Source: an uncultured delta proteobacterium (GTDB lineage Bacteria; Desulfobacterota; Desulfomonilia; UBA1062). Taken from it: 64,000 nt of DNA. Both the position numbers and the translations under genes were made by a program. The stretch is from contig CAWCTR010000004.1 in the NCBI GenBank assembly GCA_963798485.1, positions 352,001-416,000 on the forward strand, written 5' to 3'. Position 1 is the first letter of the stretch; each line of letters begins with the position of its first letter. Below the pieces are notes generated by a model. That model was given only the letters and a program-made list of their open reading frames with translations, was not told the origin of the DNA and made no database searches. This document shows positions 1-8,384 of this stretch, in pieces.

Positions 1-1
1 T

Positions 2-274
2 ATAGCCGTAGCTTGATTTGATAAGCGGGCACAGATTTCCGGGCAGCACTGCCTCGGAGGCCTCAATGGTGCTGTTCGAAAAGGCGCACAGCACCGCAGG
101 CACAGCATCCATGGCCCTGATGAGTTCAAAAGGGGCATACCCGCAGTAGGCACCCACCACGTTTTTGCCCTGCTCCCGCTTGGATTGAACATATGCAAGG
201 GCCCGCTTGCTCGGTGCGCCTCTATATTGATCATTGATAAGTGGTTCCCACACTGTCATGGCCTCTGAAGACAT
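2..274 (-). CDS. 2-hydroxyacyl-CoA dehydratase family (HgdB/YjiM/double-cubane-protein-like) Fe-S protein, 5' part only; runs off the window edge
   Basis: Manual translation from ATG at 274 (SD AGGGAGG upstream): MSSEAMTVWE...VVGAYCGYAP...VLC...LPGNLCPLIKSSYGY. The NLCPLIKSSYG motif is typical of this family. Not in the ORF track. Confidence 0.8.
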   Translation of the reverse strand, partial: MSSEAMTVWEPLINDQYRGAPSKRALAYVQSKREQGKNVVGAYCGYAPFELIRAMDAVPAVLCAFSNSTIEASEAVLPGNLCPLIKSSYGY

Positions 275-410
275 TGCACTCTCCCTCCCTTGTCAAAACC
301 TAAGGGGCATCATATGCAATAGCTTTCGAGAGATCAAATAGGGAGAAGTTATAGAACGTGCCCGGCCATTCCTAAAGCTTATGGCTTATATCGAATAATT
401 CCTGACCTTT

Positions 411-1646
411 TTAAAATTCCGTAAGCCCTGGCCCGACAACACCCTTGAGGTAGCCCTGTATGATGCCCATTGCCCGCTCGAAATCCGTGCGGGAAGGTGT
501 CAGCAAAGAGAGCCTAATATAGTCTGACCAAAGCGATCCATAGATGTCTCCCGGGGTAATCCTGATACCTTGCACAAGGAGTTTTTCCTGGCTGATGCGG
601 CTGGGTACCGATGTCTTTAACCACAGGCATGGGCCGTTTGTGGTCCAGGTTGTGGCCTGAGACAGGTAGGCCAGGCGTGTTCTCAGCTCTGTCTTGAGCC
701 GCCTGACGTGCTCTTCCAGATCGGAAGAATCGAGCATGGCAAAAAGGCATCGCTGGAGTATGCCTGAGAGCGAGAGGTCGTTGATCTCCTTGAAGTGGAT
801 GAAGCGGGAGTACATTAGGCTCGGAACCACGGCAAACCCGATGCGCAGGCCAGGTCCCAGGATATTGGAAAGACTCTTGATATAAACGACCCTCTCATGG
901 GTATCCCGGACCTTCAACGGGGCAATGCCGACAACCTCGGAGAGCGGATCGTCCTCGATGATGAAGAAATCTTTCTTACGGGCGATTTCCAGGAGCCTGT
1001 CCCTTAGGTCATCGGGGATGGATCCGCCTGTCGGGATGTGTCCCTGGGGCATGGTGTAGAACAACCGGATACCAAGGGTGCTCAGCCGGTCAAGGTCCTT
1101 TTGGCTTGAGATATAGGGCACGGTCTTGACAATGGCCCCAAGGGATTCAAAGATCCGTACCGCACCCCTATAGCCCGGGTCTTCCACTGCAACGACATCG
1201 CCTTTTTTTAATAGCGCAAGCCCGACCAGGAAAAGGGCCTGCTGGGACCCGGCAGTGATAATAGGGGTATGATCGATGCCCAGGGATATCATCCATTTCC
1301 TTGCCTGCTGCCTCAAGGGTTCATAACCCTGCGGGGGGTCATAGGTATGGAGGCCATCAATGGTAATGTTCAGATGCTTGCCTACCCACAGCATCAGCTC
1401 TTCGGGCGGGCGGATGGTCGCCAGGTCAATGATACCTCCGGAAGAACCGTAAGCGACAAAGGTGCCCACCCCCTGGCGGCTTATCACGAGGCCTTTTCCC
1501 ATGAGGTGCTGATACACGTTTCTTGCCGTGACAAGGCTTATGTTCTCTTGCTTTGACAGTTCCCTCACCCCCGGCAGGCGATCTCCGGGCCTCTTTCTCT
1601 TCAGGATATCGCCGGCAAGCCTCTCGGCCACCTCTTTGTACCTCAC
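411..1646 (-). CDS. pdxR: MocR/GabR-family (GntR wHTH + PLP aminotransferase domain) regulator, PdxR-like
   Basis: N-terminal GntR HTH (PGDRLPGVRELS...VISRQGVGTFV), aminotransferase motifs (ITAGSQQAL, IIEDD, PGLRIG), divergent from pdxST. GTG start chosen after AAGGAGGAG. Confidence 0.85.
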   Translation of the reverse strand: MRYKEVAERLAGDILKRKRPGDRLPGVRELSKQENISLVTARNVYQHLMGKGLVISRQGVGTFVAYGSSGGIIDLATIRPPEELMLWVGKHLNITIDGLHTYDPPQGYEPLRQQARKWMISLGIDHTPIITAGSQQALFLVGLALLKKGDVVAVEDPGYRGAVRIFESLGAIVKTVPYISSQKDLDRLSTLGIRLFYTMPQGHIPTGGSIPDDLRDRLLEIARKKDFFIIEDDPLSEVVGIAPLKVRDTHERVVYIKSLSNILGPGLRIGFAVVPSLMYSRFIHFKEINDLSLSGILQRCLFAMLDSSDLEEHVRRLKTELRTRLAYLSQATTWTTNGPCLWLKTSVPSRISQEKLLVQGIRITPGDIYGSLWSDYIRLSLLTPSRTDFERAMGIIQGYLKGVVGPGLTEF

Positions 1647-1703
1647 CACACTCCTCCTTGACTTTATTGAGAATAAGTATAACATTAATTAAGATAAAGA
1701 GTA

Positions 1704-1721
1704 TATTGTTATATAACAATA
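1704..1721. promoter_or_regulatory. Perfect 18-bp palindrome TATTGTTATATAACAATA, candidate PdxR operator
   Basis: Seen in the pdxR-pdxS intergenic region, directly before the pdxS SD. Confidence 0.55.
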
Positions 1722-1733
1722 AGGAGAGAGAAC

Positions 1734-2621
1734 ATGGGTGGATTATCGGAACGAATTCTCGTAAACAGGGGGCTTGCCCAGATGCTCAAGGGCGGCGTGA
1801 TTATGGATGTTACAAACGCAGACCAGGCCAGGATTGCCGAAGATTCCGGCGCTGTTTCGGTAATGGCTCTGGAGAGGGTGCCTGCGGATATCCGGGTTCA
1901 GGGCGGTGTTGCACGGATGAGTGACCCCCTTATCATCAAAGGCATCAAAGAGGCGGTAACCATACCGGTCATGGCAAAGGTCAGGATCGGTCACATTGTT
2001 GAGGCCCAGATCCTTGAGGCCCTTGAAATCGACTATATAGACGAAAGCGAGGTATTGACGCCTGCCGATGAGGAACACCATATCAATAAGCAGGCCTTCA
2101 GGATCCCGTTTGTTTGCGGTTGCCGCGACCTGGGTGAGGCCTCACGAAGGATCGCCGAAGGTGCAAGTATGATCAGGACCAAGGGAGAAGCCGGTACCGG
2201 CAATGTTGTAGAGGCTGTCCGGCATATGCGGACCCTCATGAAGCAGATACGCGAGCTGTGCTCCATGAGTGAAGACGAGGTCTTCAGTTATGCAAAAGGC
2301 CTTGGTGCCCCGCATCAAGTCCTCATGGAAATCCGGGAGCTCAAGGGTTTGCCGGTTGTGAACTTCGCAGCCGGAGGCATCGCCACCCCGGCGGATGCCG
2401 CGCTCATGATGCAGCTCGGGGCTGACGGTGTGTTTGTGGGCTCAGGCATCTTCAAATCATCCGATCCCGCAAAACGGGCCAGGGCCATTGTTGAGGCCGT
2501 GGCCCATTATGAAGACCCTGCATGGATTGCGCGCGTATCCGAAGGTCTGGGTGATGCCATACCGGGCCTTGATGTCAGAACCATGCCGGATGAAGAGCGG
2601 CTTGCCAAACGAGGATGGTAA
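1734..2621 (+). CDS. pdxS: Pyridoxal 5'-phosphate synthase lyase subunit
   Basis: [53 protein letters not shown] motifs. Confidence 0.98.
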   Translation: MGGLSERILVNRGLAQMLKGGVIMDVTNADQARIAEDSGAVSVMALERVPADIRVQGGVARMSDPLIIKGIKEAVTIPVMAKVRIGHIVEAQILEALEIDYIDESEVLTPADEEHHINKQAFRIPFVCGCRDLGEASRRIAEGASMIRTKGEAGTGNVVEAVRHMRTLMKQIRELCSMSEDEVFSYAKGLGAPHQVLMEIRELKGLPVVNFAAGGIATPADAALMMQLGADGVFVGSGIFKSSDPAKRARAIVEAVAHYEDPAWIARVSEGLGDAIPGLDVRTMPDEERLAKRGW

Positions 2622-3199
2622 TGATAATCGGGATCCTTGCGCTCCAGGGCAACATCCGCGAGCACAGATTAAACCTCGAGCGTCATGGCGTACTTTGCCG
2701 GTGTATCCGGACCCCCTTTGAGCTTGATGGGATTGACGGACTTATTCTTCCCGGCGGAGAAAGTACGGCCATGAGAAAGCTCATCGTGTCTTCAGGGCTC
2801 AAAGAACCTGTGCAGGGCCTGATCCGGCAAGGATTACCCGTCTGGGGCACCTGTGCGGGCGTCATCCTTCTTGCAAAGGGAGGCATATGGCAGAGCGTGG
2901 ATATTGAGGTTCAAAGAAATGCTTATGGCTCCCAGGTTTATAGCAGGGCTGCAAAGGGGAGATCGATTATAACGGATAGAGAGTTCTCCATGGTGTTCAT
3001 CCGTGCGCCACGGATTTGCTCTATCCCGGCAGATGCCCTGATCCTTGCCGAGTTCGATGGCGACTTCGTGGCCGTTCGCTGCAACAATATCCTGCTCACC
3101 ACGTTCCACCCTGAGCTTGCGGAAGACAGCCCTTTCACTGAATATTTTCTCGATATGGCCATGAATAACAACTCTTTCACCCAGTGTCTTGCACCCTGA
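2621..3199 (+). CDS. pdxT: Pyridoxal 5'-phosphate synthase glutaminase subunit
   Basis: GILALQG, LPGGEST, GTCAG, FIRAP, FHPE motifs; start overlaps the pdxS stop. Confidence 0.97.
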   Translation: MIIGILALQGNIREHRLNLERHGVLCRCIRTPFELDGIDGLILPGGESTAMRKLIVSSGLKEPVQGLIRQGLPVWGTCAGVILLAKGGIWQSVDIEVQRNAYGSQVYSRAAKGRSIITDREFSMVFIRAPRICSIPADALILAEFDGDFVAVRCNNILLTTFHPELAEDSPFTEYFLDMAMNNNSFTQCLAP

Positions 3200-3201
3200 G
3201 T

Positions 3202-4146
3202 CTAGCGTGTTTCATTAAAAAAACGCCAGGCCTCTTGAGCCGTATCCATGTCCCGGCTCACCCTGCCCACAAGAAATTCGGGCAGATACTGCGATCCTGA
3301 AGGGACGGTATGACCGCCGCCATGTATGATATAGAGGCACACCCTCGAGCCGGGCCAGGAAAGGCGCTCGATAAGTGTCTCATCAGCCGGGTCACGGTCA
3401 GGCATCTGCTCAACCTTGGGGTGTTGTTCGCGGTCTTCGGGCTTCAGCCAGGCGTGGGCGGATTCCATGGAAGACACCACCTCTCCTTTTGAGAACACAT
3501 AGAAAAGCCTTACCATGCCCCCTTCAAAAGGGTTGATGGGGTCATCTGTCCCGTTCACTATCATCACAGGAATGCCTGCGTGCGGGGCCGCGCACTTTGA
3601 ATTGCCGCTCGCGGGCATGCTGGCCCCGATTACGACAATGCCTGCTATCCTGTTACGAATTTCAGTGGCGAGACGGAAGCACATGTGGCCTCCGTTTGAC
3701 AGGCCCACTGCATAGACCTTTTTCTGGTCTGCATGCCACTTTGTGCAGCAGGCCTCGATGAGCTTGGTTATAAACCCTACATCATCGATGTTCTTGGTGT
3801 GGGCATCATCCTTTGGTACGGTTCGGCAGTCGTTCCAATACGTCTGATACCCGTCCGGGTAGACCACAATACACTTCTCTTTCTCGGCAAGGCGCTCGAA
3901 CTGATCCCCGCATATCTCCCTCATCTTCTTGCCCGTACCCCTGGATCCATGCAGTGCTATGATCAGCGACGGGGCCGAGAGCTCCCCTGAGGGGATGTAT
4001 GCAAGGTAAGTTCGATCCATCCCGCCCATCGAGAGGGTCTCCTCTATGACCTTACCCGGTAATTCCGGCTCTGCTGCATGGAGATAGTTCCCAGTGAAAA
4101 ACGCGGCTACTATGATTAAGTGAGTGAACAAATGACGGTAGTGCAT
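3202..4146 (-). CDS. Secreted alpha/beta hydrolase, PHB-depolymerase/LpqP-like esterase
   Basis: Signal-peptide-like N-terminus, LHGS, VYPDG, DDVGF, GLSNGG nucleophile motif, NGTDD, GGGH. Confidence 0.8.
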   Translation of the reverse strand: MHYRHLFTHLIIVAAFFTGNYLHAAEPELPGKVIEETLSMGGMDRTYLAYIPSGELSAPSLIIALHGSRGTGKKMREICGDQFERLAEKEKCIVVYPDGYQTYWNDCRTVPKDDAHTKNIDDVGFITKLIEACCTKWHADQKKVYAVGLSNGGHMCFRLATEIRNRIAGIVVIGASMPASGNSKCAAPHAGIPVMIVNGTDDPINPFEGGMVRLFYVFSKGEVVSSMESAHAWLKPEDREQHPKVEQMPDRDPADETLIERLSWPGSRVCLYIIHGGGHTVPSGSQYLPEFLVGRVSRDMDTAQEAWRFFNETR

Positions 4147-4295
4147 ACGTGCCCCCTGTTTTTTCTGTATGAGAAAAGAGTACAGATATAACAATCCATT
4201 TGTGTGTCTATGGTAATACCCCAATCCACGTTTCAATTGAAGCAAAATCCATATGACTGTTGACATCCTCGTGCCTTCAACCACATAGATACAGA

Positions 4296-4586
4296 ATGAA
4301 TTCCCTGGTTGTGAGATGTACCTTCTGCGGGAAGCGGCACCTGCTGGATATCGAAGACCTGGATTTCTGGTATGAAGAATGTGGATGCGGTGCCTGCGGG
4401 TTCGTTCAGGACGAGTTAGAGCTTGATGAGAGCGGGCATAAGGGTGTTGGGTTTATTGTGCATGAAGTTCCGAACATTTTCGGTACGTTTGTCCACCTGG
4501 CCGACCCTCTCCCTGTCTTTGTAAATGAGAGGGGTTGTTGGGTGTATGTCTGTTGGTATAAAAAAGATAGCAGACATTATGTCTAA
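4296..4586 (+). CDS. Small cysteine-rich (zinc-ribbon-like) hypothetical protein
   Basis: CTFCG...ECGCGACG motifs; start codon uncertain. Confidence 0.5.
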   Translation: MNSLVVRCTFCGKRHLLDIEDLDFWYEECGCGACGFVQDELELDESGHKGVGFIVHEVPNIFGTFVHLADPLPVFVNERGCWVYVCWYKKDSRHYV

Positions 4587-4652
4587 GTTCTTAGGCCGCA
4601 TGCCACCTTATTTTTAAGGTGTTGCGCAATTCTTTTGTTAAGGAGGACCTTG

Positions 4653-5807
4653 ATGACCAAAAGAGTTCTCAGGACAAAACTATGCGACATGCTGGGTATC
4701 GAATACCCTATTGTATGCGCAGGTATGGGCCCGGTTCTCATCGGCGAGCAGGCAGGTTCGCCTGTGGATCTCGTGGTGGCCGTGTCTGAAGCGGGCGGAC
4801 TCGGTGTGCTTGGCGGCAGCGGGTTTACCGTGGATGAGCTTAGGAAGGCCATCCGCAATATCAGGGCGCGCACAGGCAACCCTTTCGGCGTGGACCTCCT
4901 GCTGCCTAGGAATGTGGTTGAGGGCAAGGGAGTTGATTACGGCGATATCAAGGAGATCCCCCTGAGTGCGGCATTAAAGACCCTGCCCAAGCCTCACCAG
5001 GACTGGATAAGCAAGGTAAGAACCGAACTGGGATTGCCCGGGGTGGAAGTCATGGTGAAGCTCAATACCACTACGATGCGGCCCCTTGATGCCGTGAAGG
5101 TGTGTATCGAAGAGAAGGTCCCCCTTTTCTGCGCAGGACTGGGGAATCCGGGCTTCATGGTGGAGGAGGCACATGCGAACGGCATCAAGGTGCTCGCCAT
5201 CACCGGCAATGTGAAAAATGCCGTGCGCATGGTGGAAGCCGGGATTGACCTGCTCGTGGCCCAGGGATTTGAAGGCGGGGGCCATACAGGCAGGATAGGT
5301 ACCATGGCGCTGCTGCCCGGGGCATTGGATGCGGCAGGCAACGTCCCGGTGCTTGCAGCCGGTGGCATCGGCGACGGCAGAGGTCTTGCTGCCGCCCTTG
5401 CCATGGGGTGTGCGGGTGTCTGGGTGGGTACCAGGTTCCTGGCAACGAATGAGGGTGGCGCATTGGAGGTGAACAAACGGCGTATCCTTTCTTCCACTGA
5501 AGAAGACACCCGTGTGAGTTATGCAATAACGGGAAAGACATCACGGACGAGCTACAGCCTGTTCCATGATTTGTGGAACTCATCCGGACTTGAGCCGCTC
5601 CCATTCCCCATGCAGGTGCTGGTCTCTTCAGCCCTGTTCGCAGATTTAGTAGAGAACGGCAAAGACGAGTACATGGGTGGCTTTGCAGGTCAGGTCTCGG
5701 GTATAATCCATGATATCAAGCCTGCCAAGCAGGTGGTGGAAGATATGGTTGATGAGGCTGCCGACATACTTACCCGGGGGCTGCCGGAACGAGTGAAGGT
5801 GCAGTAA
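4653..5807 (+). CDS. Nitronate monooxygenase / FabK-like FMN-dependent oxidoreductase
   Basis: LGIEYPIVCAGM, AQGFEGGGHTG, AAGGIGDGRG, GTRFLAT; SD AGGAGG. Confidence 0.9.
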   Translation: MTKRVLRTKLCDMLGIEYPIVCAGMGPVLIGEQAGSPVDLVVAVSEAGGLGVLGGSGFTVDELRKAIRNIRARTGNPFGVDLLLPRNVVEGKGVDYGDIKEIPLSAALKTLPKPHQDWISKVRTELGLPGVEVMVKLNTTTMRPLDAVKVCIEEKVPLFCAGLGNPGFMVEEAHANGIKVLAITGNVKNAVRMVEAGIDLLVAQGFEGGGHTGRIGTMALLPGALDAAGNVPVLAAGGIGDGRGLAAALAMGCAGVWVGTRFLATNEGGALEVNKRRILSSTEEDTRVSYAITGKTSRTSYSLFHDLWNSSGLEPLPFPMQVLVSSALFADLVENGKDEYMGGFAGQVSGIIHDIKPAKQVVEDMVDEAADILTRGLPERVKVQ

Positions 5808-5864
5808 ATAAGTGAAGGGACATATAAGAAAAGGCCAGTAGGGTCTAAGGTGAGCTGAAACAAG

Positions 5865-5895
5865 AAGGCCCCGTCTTGCTAAAAGACGGGGCCTT
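5865..5895. terminator. Bidirectional intrinsic terminator between convergent genes
   Basis: AAGGCCCCGTCTT-gctaa-AAGACGGGGCCTT hairpin. Confidence 0.8.
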
Positions 5896-5905
5896 GTATT
5901 ACTTA

Positions 5906-7195
5906 TTAGTCTTCATCGTCATAGCCCTGACCGGGAGGGGCTTCTGATTTTATTGACCTGTTGATCCCCTTTGACAGTATGGCTGCAATGGAGAAGAGTA
6001 TTACCATTGCGCCAAAGAGGATCAGTATGATCGTGGTCAGCCATGACTGCGCTTCCTTTTCTACCTTGCCGGAAGCAATCTTGGCCTGTTCGTTGAACTT
6101 CTCAACATCCACACCCATCCCGACCCATCCGAATCCGGCCGGCTTGGGGTAATCCTTTGCATAGAAAGGTATGGGAGCATACGCCACTATCTTTGTACGG
6201 CCTTCGAATTTATAGGTCTTTATTCCCGATTTGCCCAGTGCGGCTTCTTTGGCAATCTCCGGCATGACCGGGTCAATGCCGCCAAGCTGATTGAGGTTCA
6301 GCACCTCTTCACCCTTTTTCTTCATTTCCTCAGCGGTAGCCGAGGTGATGGGTGGAACAGGTGTACCATCCTTATAGAGGCCTTCTATATGATAATCATT
6401 AGGGTGTGAGATAACAAACCCTCGGTTATCAACCATGTATGCGTAATTTCCCGTGGAGGCATCCGCCTTGATGACATAATTCGCCTCGAACGGAACGATG
6501 TTATCCGTGTATTTGGAAAGGGCCCTTGCATCAAGTGCAAGCTCTATGACCCCGGTAAAACCCTGCTTATCGAACAGCGGAGTTGCTATCCGGATAATCC
6601 CTTCGAATCTCTTCCCTTTTTCAAAATCAGCCTTGTTAACATACCACCCAGTGACAGGAGAGATATACATCTCACCCTTGTTGAGCTCTTTTGTCTTGAG
6701 GAAGTACTCCTCAGACTTATACGTTGTGTTGGCAGGATTGCTCACGTTTACCAATTCGTTTTTGGGCGCTATCTTGCCATCCTTGATCTTTATGAGCTCA
6801 TTTCCTTTGGTGTCTATGAGTGACATTTCCACATAGAGTGGCAGCTGTTCCTTTACGATGCCTGTATCTTTTTTAACCCAGAGGTCATATGTCTTGGTAT
6901 CCAAGAACTGTCTGTATGTCTCCTGGGTTGATGGAAGGATTGTGGTGGTTAACACATCCCTCTGACGTTCACGCAAGAAATCGGCGATATTCTCTGCCAG
7001 ATCAGTTGCGCGCACACTGAGCTCCTGTTGCGATTTAGCATCAAGAGCGTTCATCGTACCTTTTTTGGACAAGCCGCCAATATTGAAAATGCTGAAGGCT
7101 ATGAGGGAAGCGATCAGTAATAAGGGGATCACGACAAGCAGGAAAAATAACCTTGCAACCGTTAATAAACGAGTTCCTTTAATCGATTCAGGCAT
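5906..7195 (-). CDS. Membrane-anchored Cache-domain protein with no cytoplasmic output domain
   Basis: TM1, large periplasmic region with YAYMVDNRGFVISHP and IVAYAPI..GWVGMG Cache motifs, TM2, then a short tail ending GYDDED. Confidence 0.75.
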   Translation of the reverse strand: MPESIKGTRLLTVARLFFLLVVIPLLLIASLIAFSIFNIGGLSKKGTMNALDAKSQQELSVRATDLAENIADFLRERQRDVLTTTILPSTQETYRQFLDTKTYDLWVKKDTGIVKEQLPLYVEMSLIDTKGNELIKIKDGKIAPKNELVNVSNPANTTYKSEEYFLKTKELNKGEMYISPVTGWYVNKADFEKGKRFEGIIRIATPLFDKQGFTGVIELALDARALSKYTDNIVPFEANYVIKADASTGNYAYMVDNRGFVISHPNDYHIEGLYKDGTPVPPITSATAEEMKKKGEEVLNLNQLGGIDPVMPEIAKEAALGKSGIKTYKFEGRTKIVAYAPIPFYAKDYPKPAGFGWVGMGVDVEKFNEQAKIASGKVEKEAQSWLTTIILILFGAMVILFSIAAILSKGINRSIKSEAPPGQGYDDED

Positions 7196-7249
7196 TTTTT
7201 CCCCCTTATTCTTTGAATCGTTCTGTTAAAAAACCCTCTGTCGAAAAGC

Positions 7250-7627
7250 TTATCCAAACAGGAAAGTCTTGAATGGGTTGGCGAAGATGAGGATGAGCGT
7301 AATAACCAGCGCATAGATAGCGATGGATTCGGCCATGGCCATACCGACCATCATGGTCATCATGATCTTTCCCTGCGCTGCTGGGTTTCTGCCGACTGCC
7401 TCAGAAGCACCTGCTGCTGCCGCACCAATTCCTGCACCTGCCCCGATGCATCCCAGGCCGATGGCAAAGCCTGCTCCGAGCATTGCGCCTACCGAGAAGA
7501 TCACCTTGATGAGCGGATCCTGTGCAGCCGGGATTGCATCAGCTGCGAAGACACCCTGTGACGCTAGAAGCGAAAGGGCCACTGTTGCTGCAAATGTGAA
7601 CAAGATTTTGCTTGCGTTACGGAACAT
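7250..7627 (-). CDS. atpE: F-type ATP synthase subunit c with N-terminal signal-like extension (orphan)
   Basis: GxGxGxG helix, GRNP loop, MAESIAIY ion-binding segment, FANPF end. Confidence 0.92.
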   Translation of the reverse strand: MFRNASKILFTFAATVALSLLASQGVFAADAIPAAQDPLIKVIFSVGAMLGAGFAIGLGCIGAGAGIGAAAAGASEAVGRNPAAQGKIMMTMMVGMAMAESIAIYALVITLILIFANPFKTFLFG

Positions 7628-7704
7628 GTTTATTCTCCTTTCTTACTGATAAATTTTTCGTATGCACTTTCTTGACTGAGTCCTCATTTCTCTCTTTCAA
7701 GAAG

Positions 7705-7720
7705 AGCAATAGCTATGCCA
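7705..7720 (-). promoter_or_regulatory. Sigma54 (-24/-12) promoter for atpE
   Basis: Minus strand TGGCAT-AGCTA-TTGCT with exact GG-N10-GC spacing, about 80 bp upstream of the atpE start. Confidence 0.75.
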
Positions 7721-8132
7721 CCCTGTCCTAAGTATTGACATATATCCTATACCAATTTGATATTAATATCTAATTTGGCTATGGATTCTGAGTGCCACCC
7801 TCTGTGGATGAACGGCAATATTAAACGTATCGTTCAATAGAGCCACATGAGGTTGAACAAAAAGTGCTATATGCCCCATGATCCTTATTGGATTGAATAA
7901 TGATAAGCAGATGCTGATGGTTTTACAAGGGGGAAGGTGCGAGGGATTGAGTTGGTTTGTATCCGGGCTTTAGACAAGAGAATGGGGTGATAGGTCAGGC
8001 CGAAGTAAGCATGAACCGGTAGGCAGCAGATACCCTTTTGAAGACTGGTAATATTACAGACAGTTCGTGACTTTATTGAAGCCGTATACTATAAGATAAG
8101 GAAAAGAACTTACTACTTAAAAAGGTATTGAG

Positions 8133-8303
8133 ATGAGGGAAATTGCCTCCATTGCAGCATATCTTGTATCCTGGTTATTCTGCGAACTGGTAATCGGTAT
8201 TAAAAGCGGGTTTATTACACTCATGATATCCCTGCTCTTTGCCTTTGCCATCTATGCAATGATCGCATATGCTGAACACGAAGAAGGGGATAAGAACGCG
8301 TAG
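8133..8303 (+). CDS. 56-aa small membrane protein (two hydrophobic segments)
   Basis: Manual translation MREIASIAAYLVSWLFCELVIGIKSGFITLMISLLFAFAIYAMIAYAEHEEGDKNA; AAAGGT upstream; below the ORF-track cutoff. Confidence 0.55.
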   Translation: MREIASIAAYLVSWLFCELVIGIKSGFITLMISLLFAFAIYAMIAYAEHEEGDKNA

Positions 8304-8384
8304 AGAACCCCTCCTCTTCTTTTTTATACACAGACGAGCTTATTCATTGCATCTAAGATAAGGATAAGACAAAATCATCGAAGC

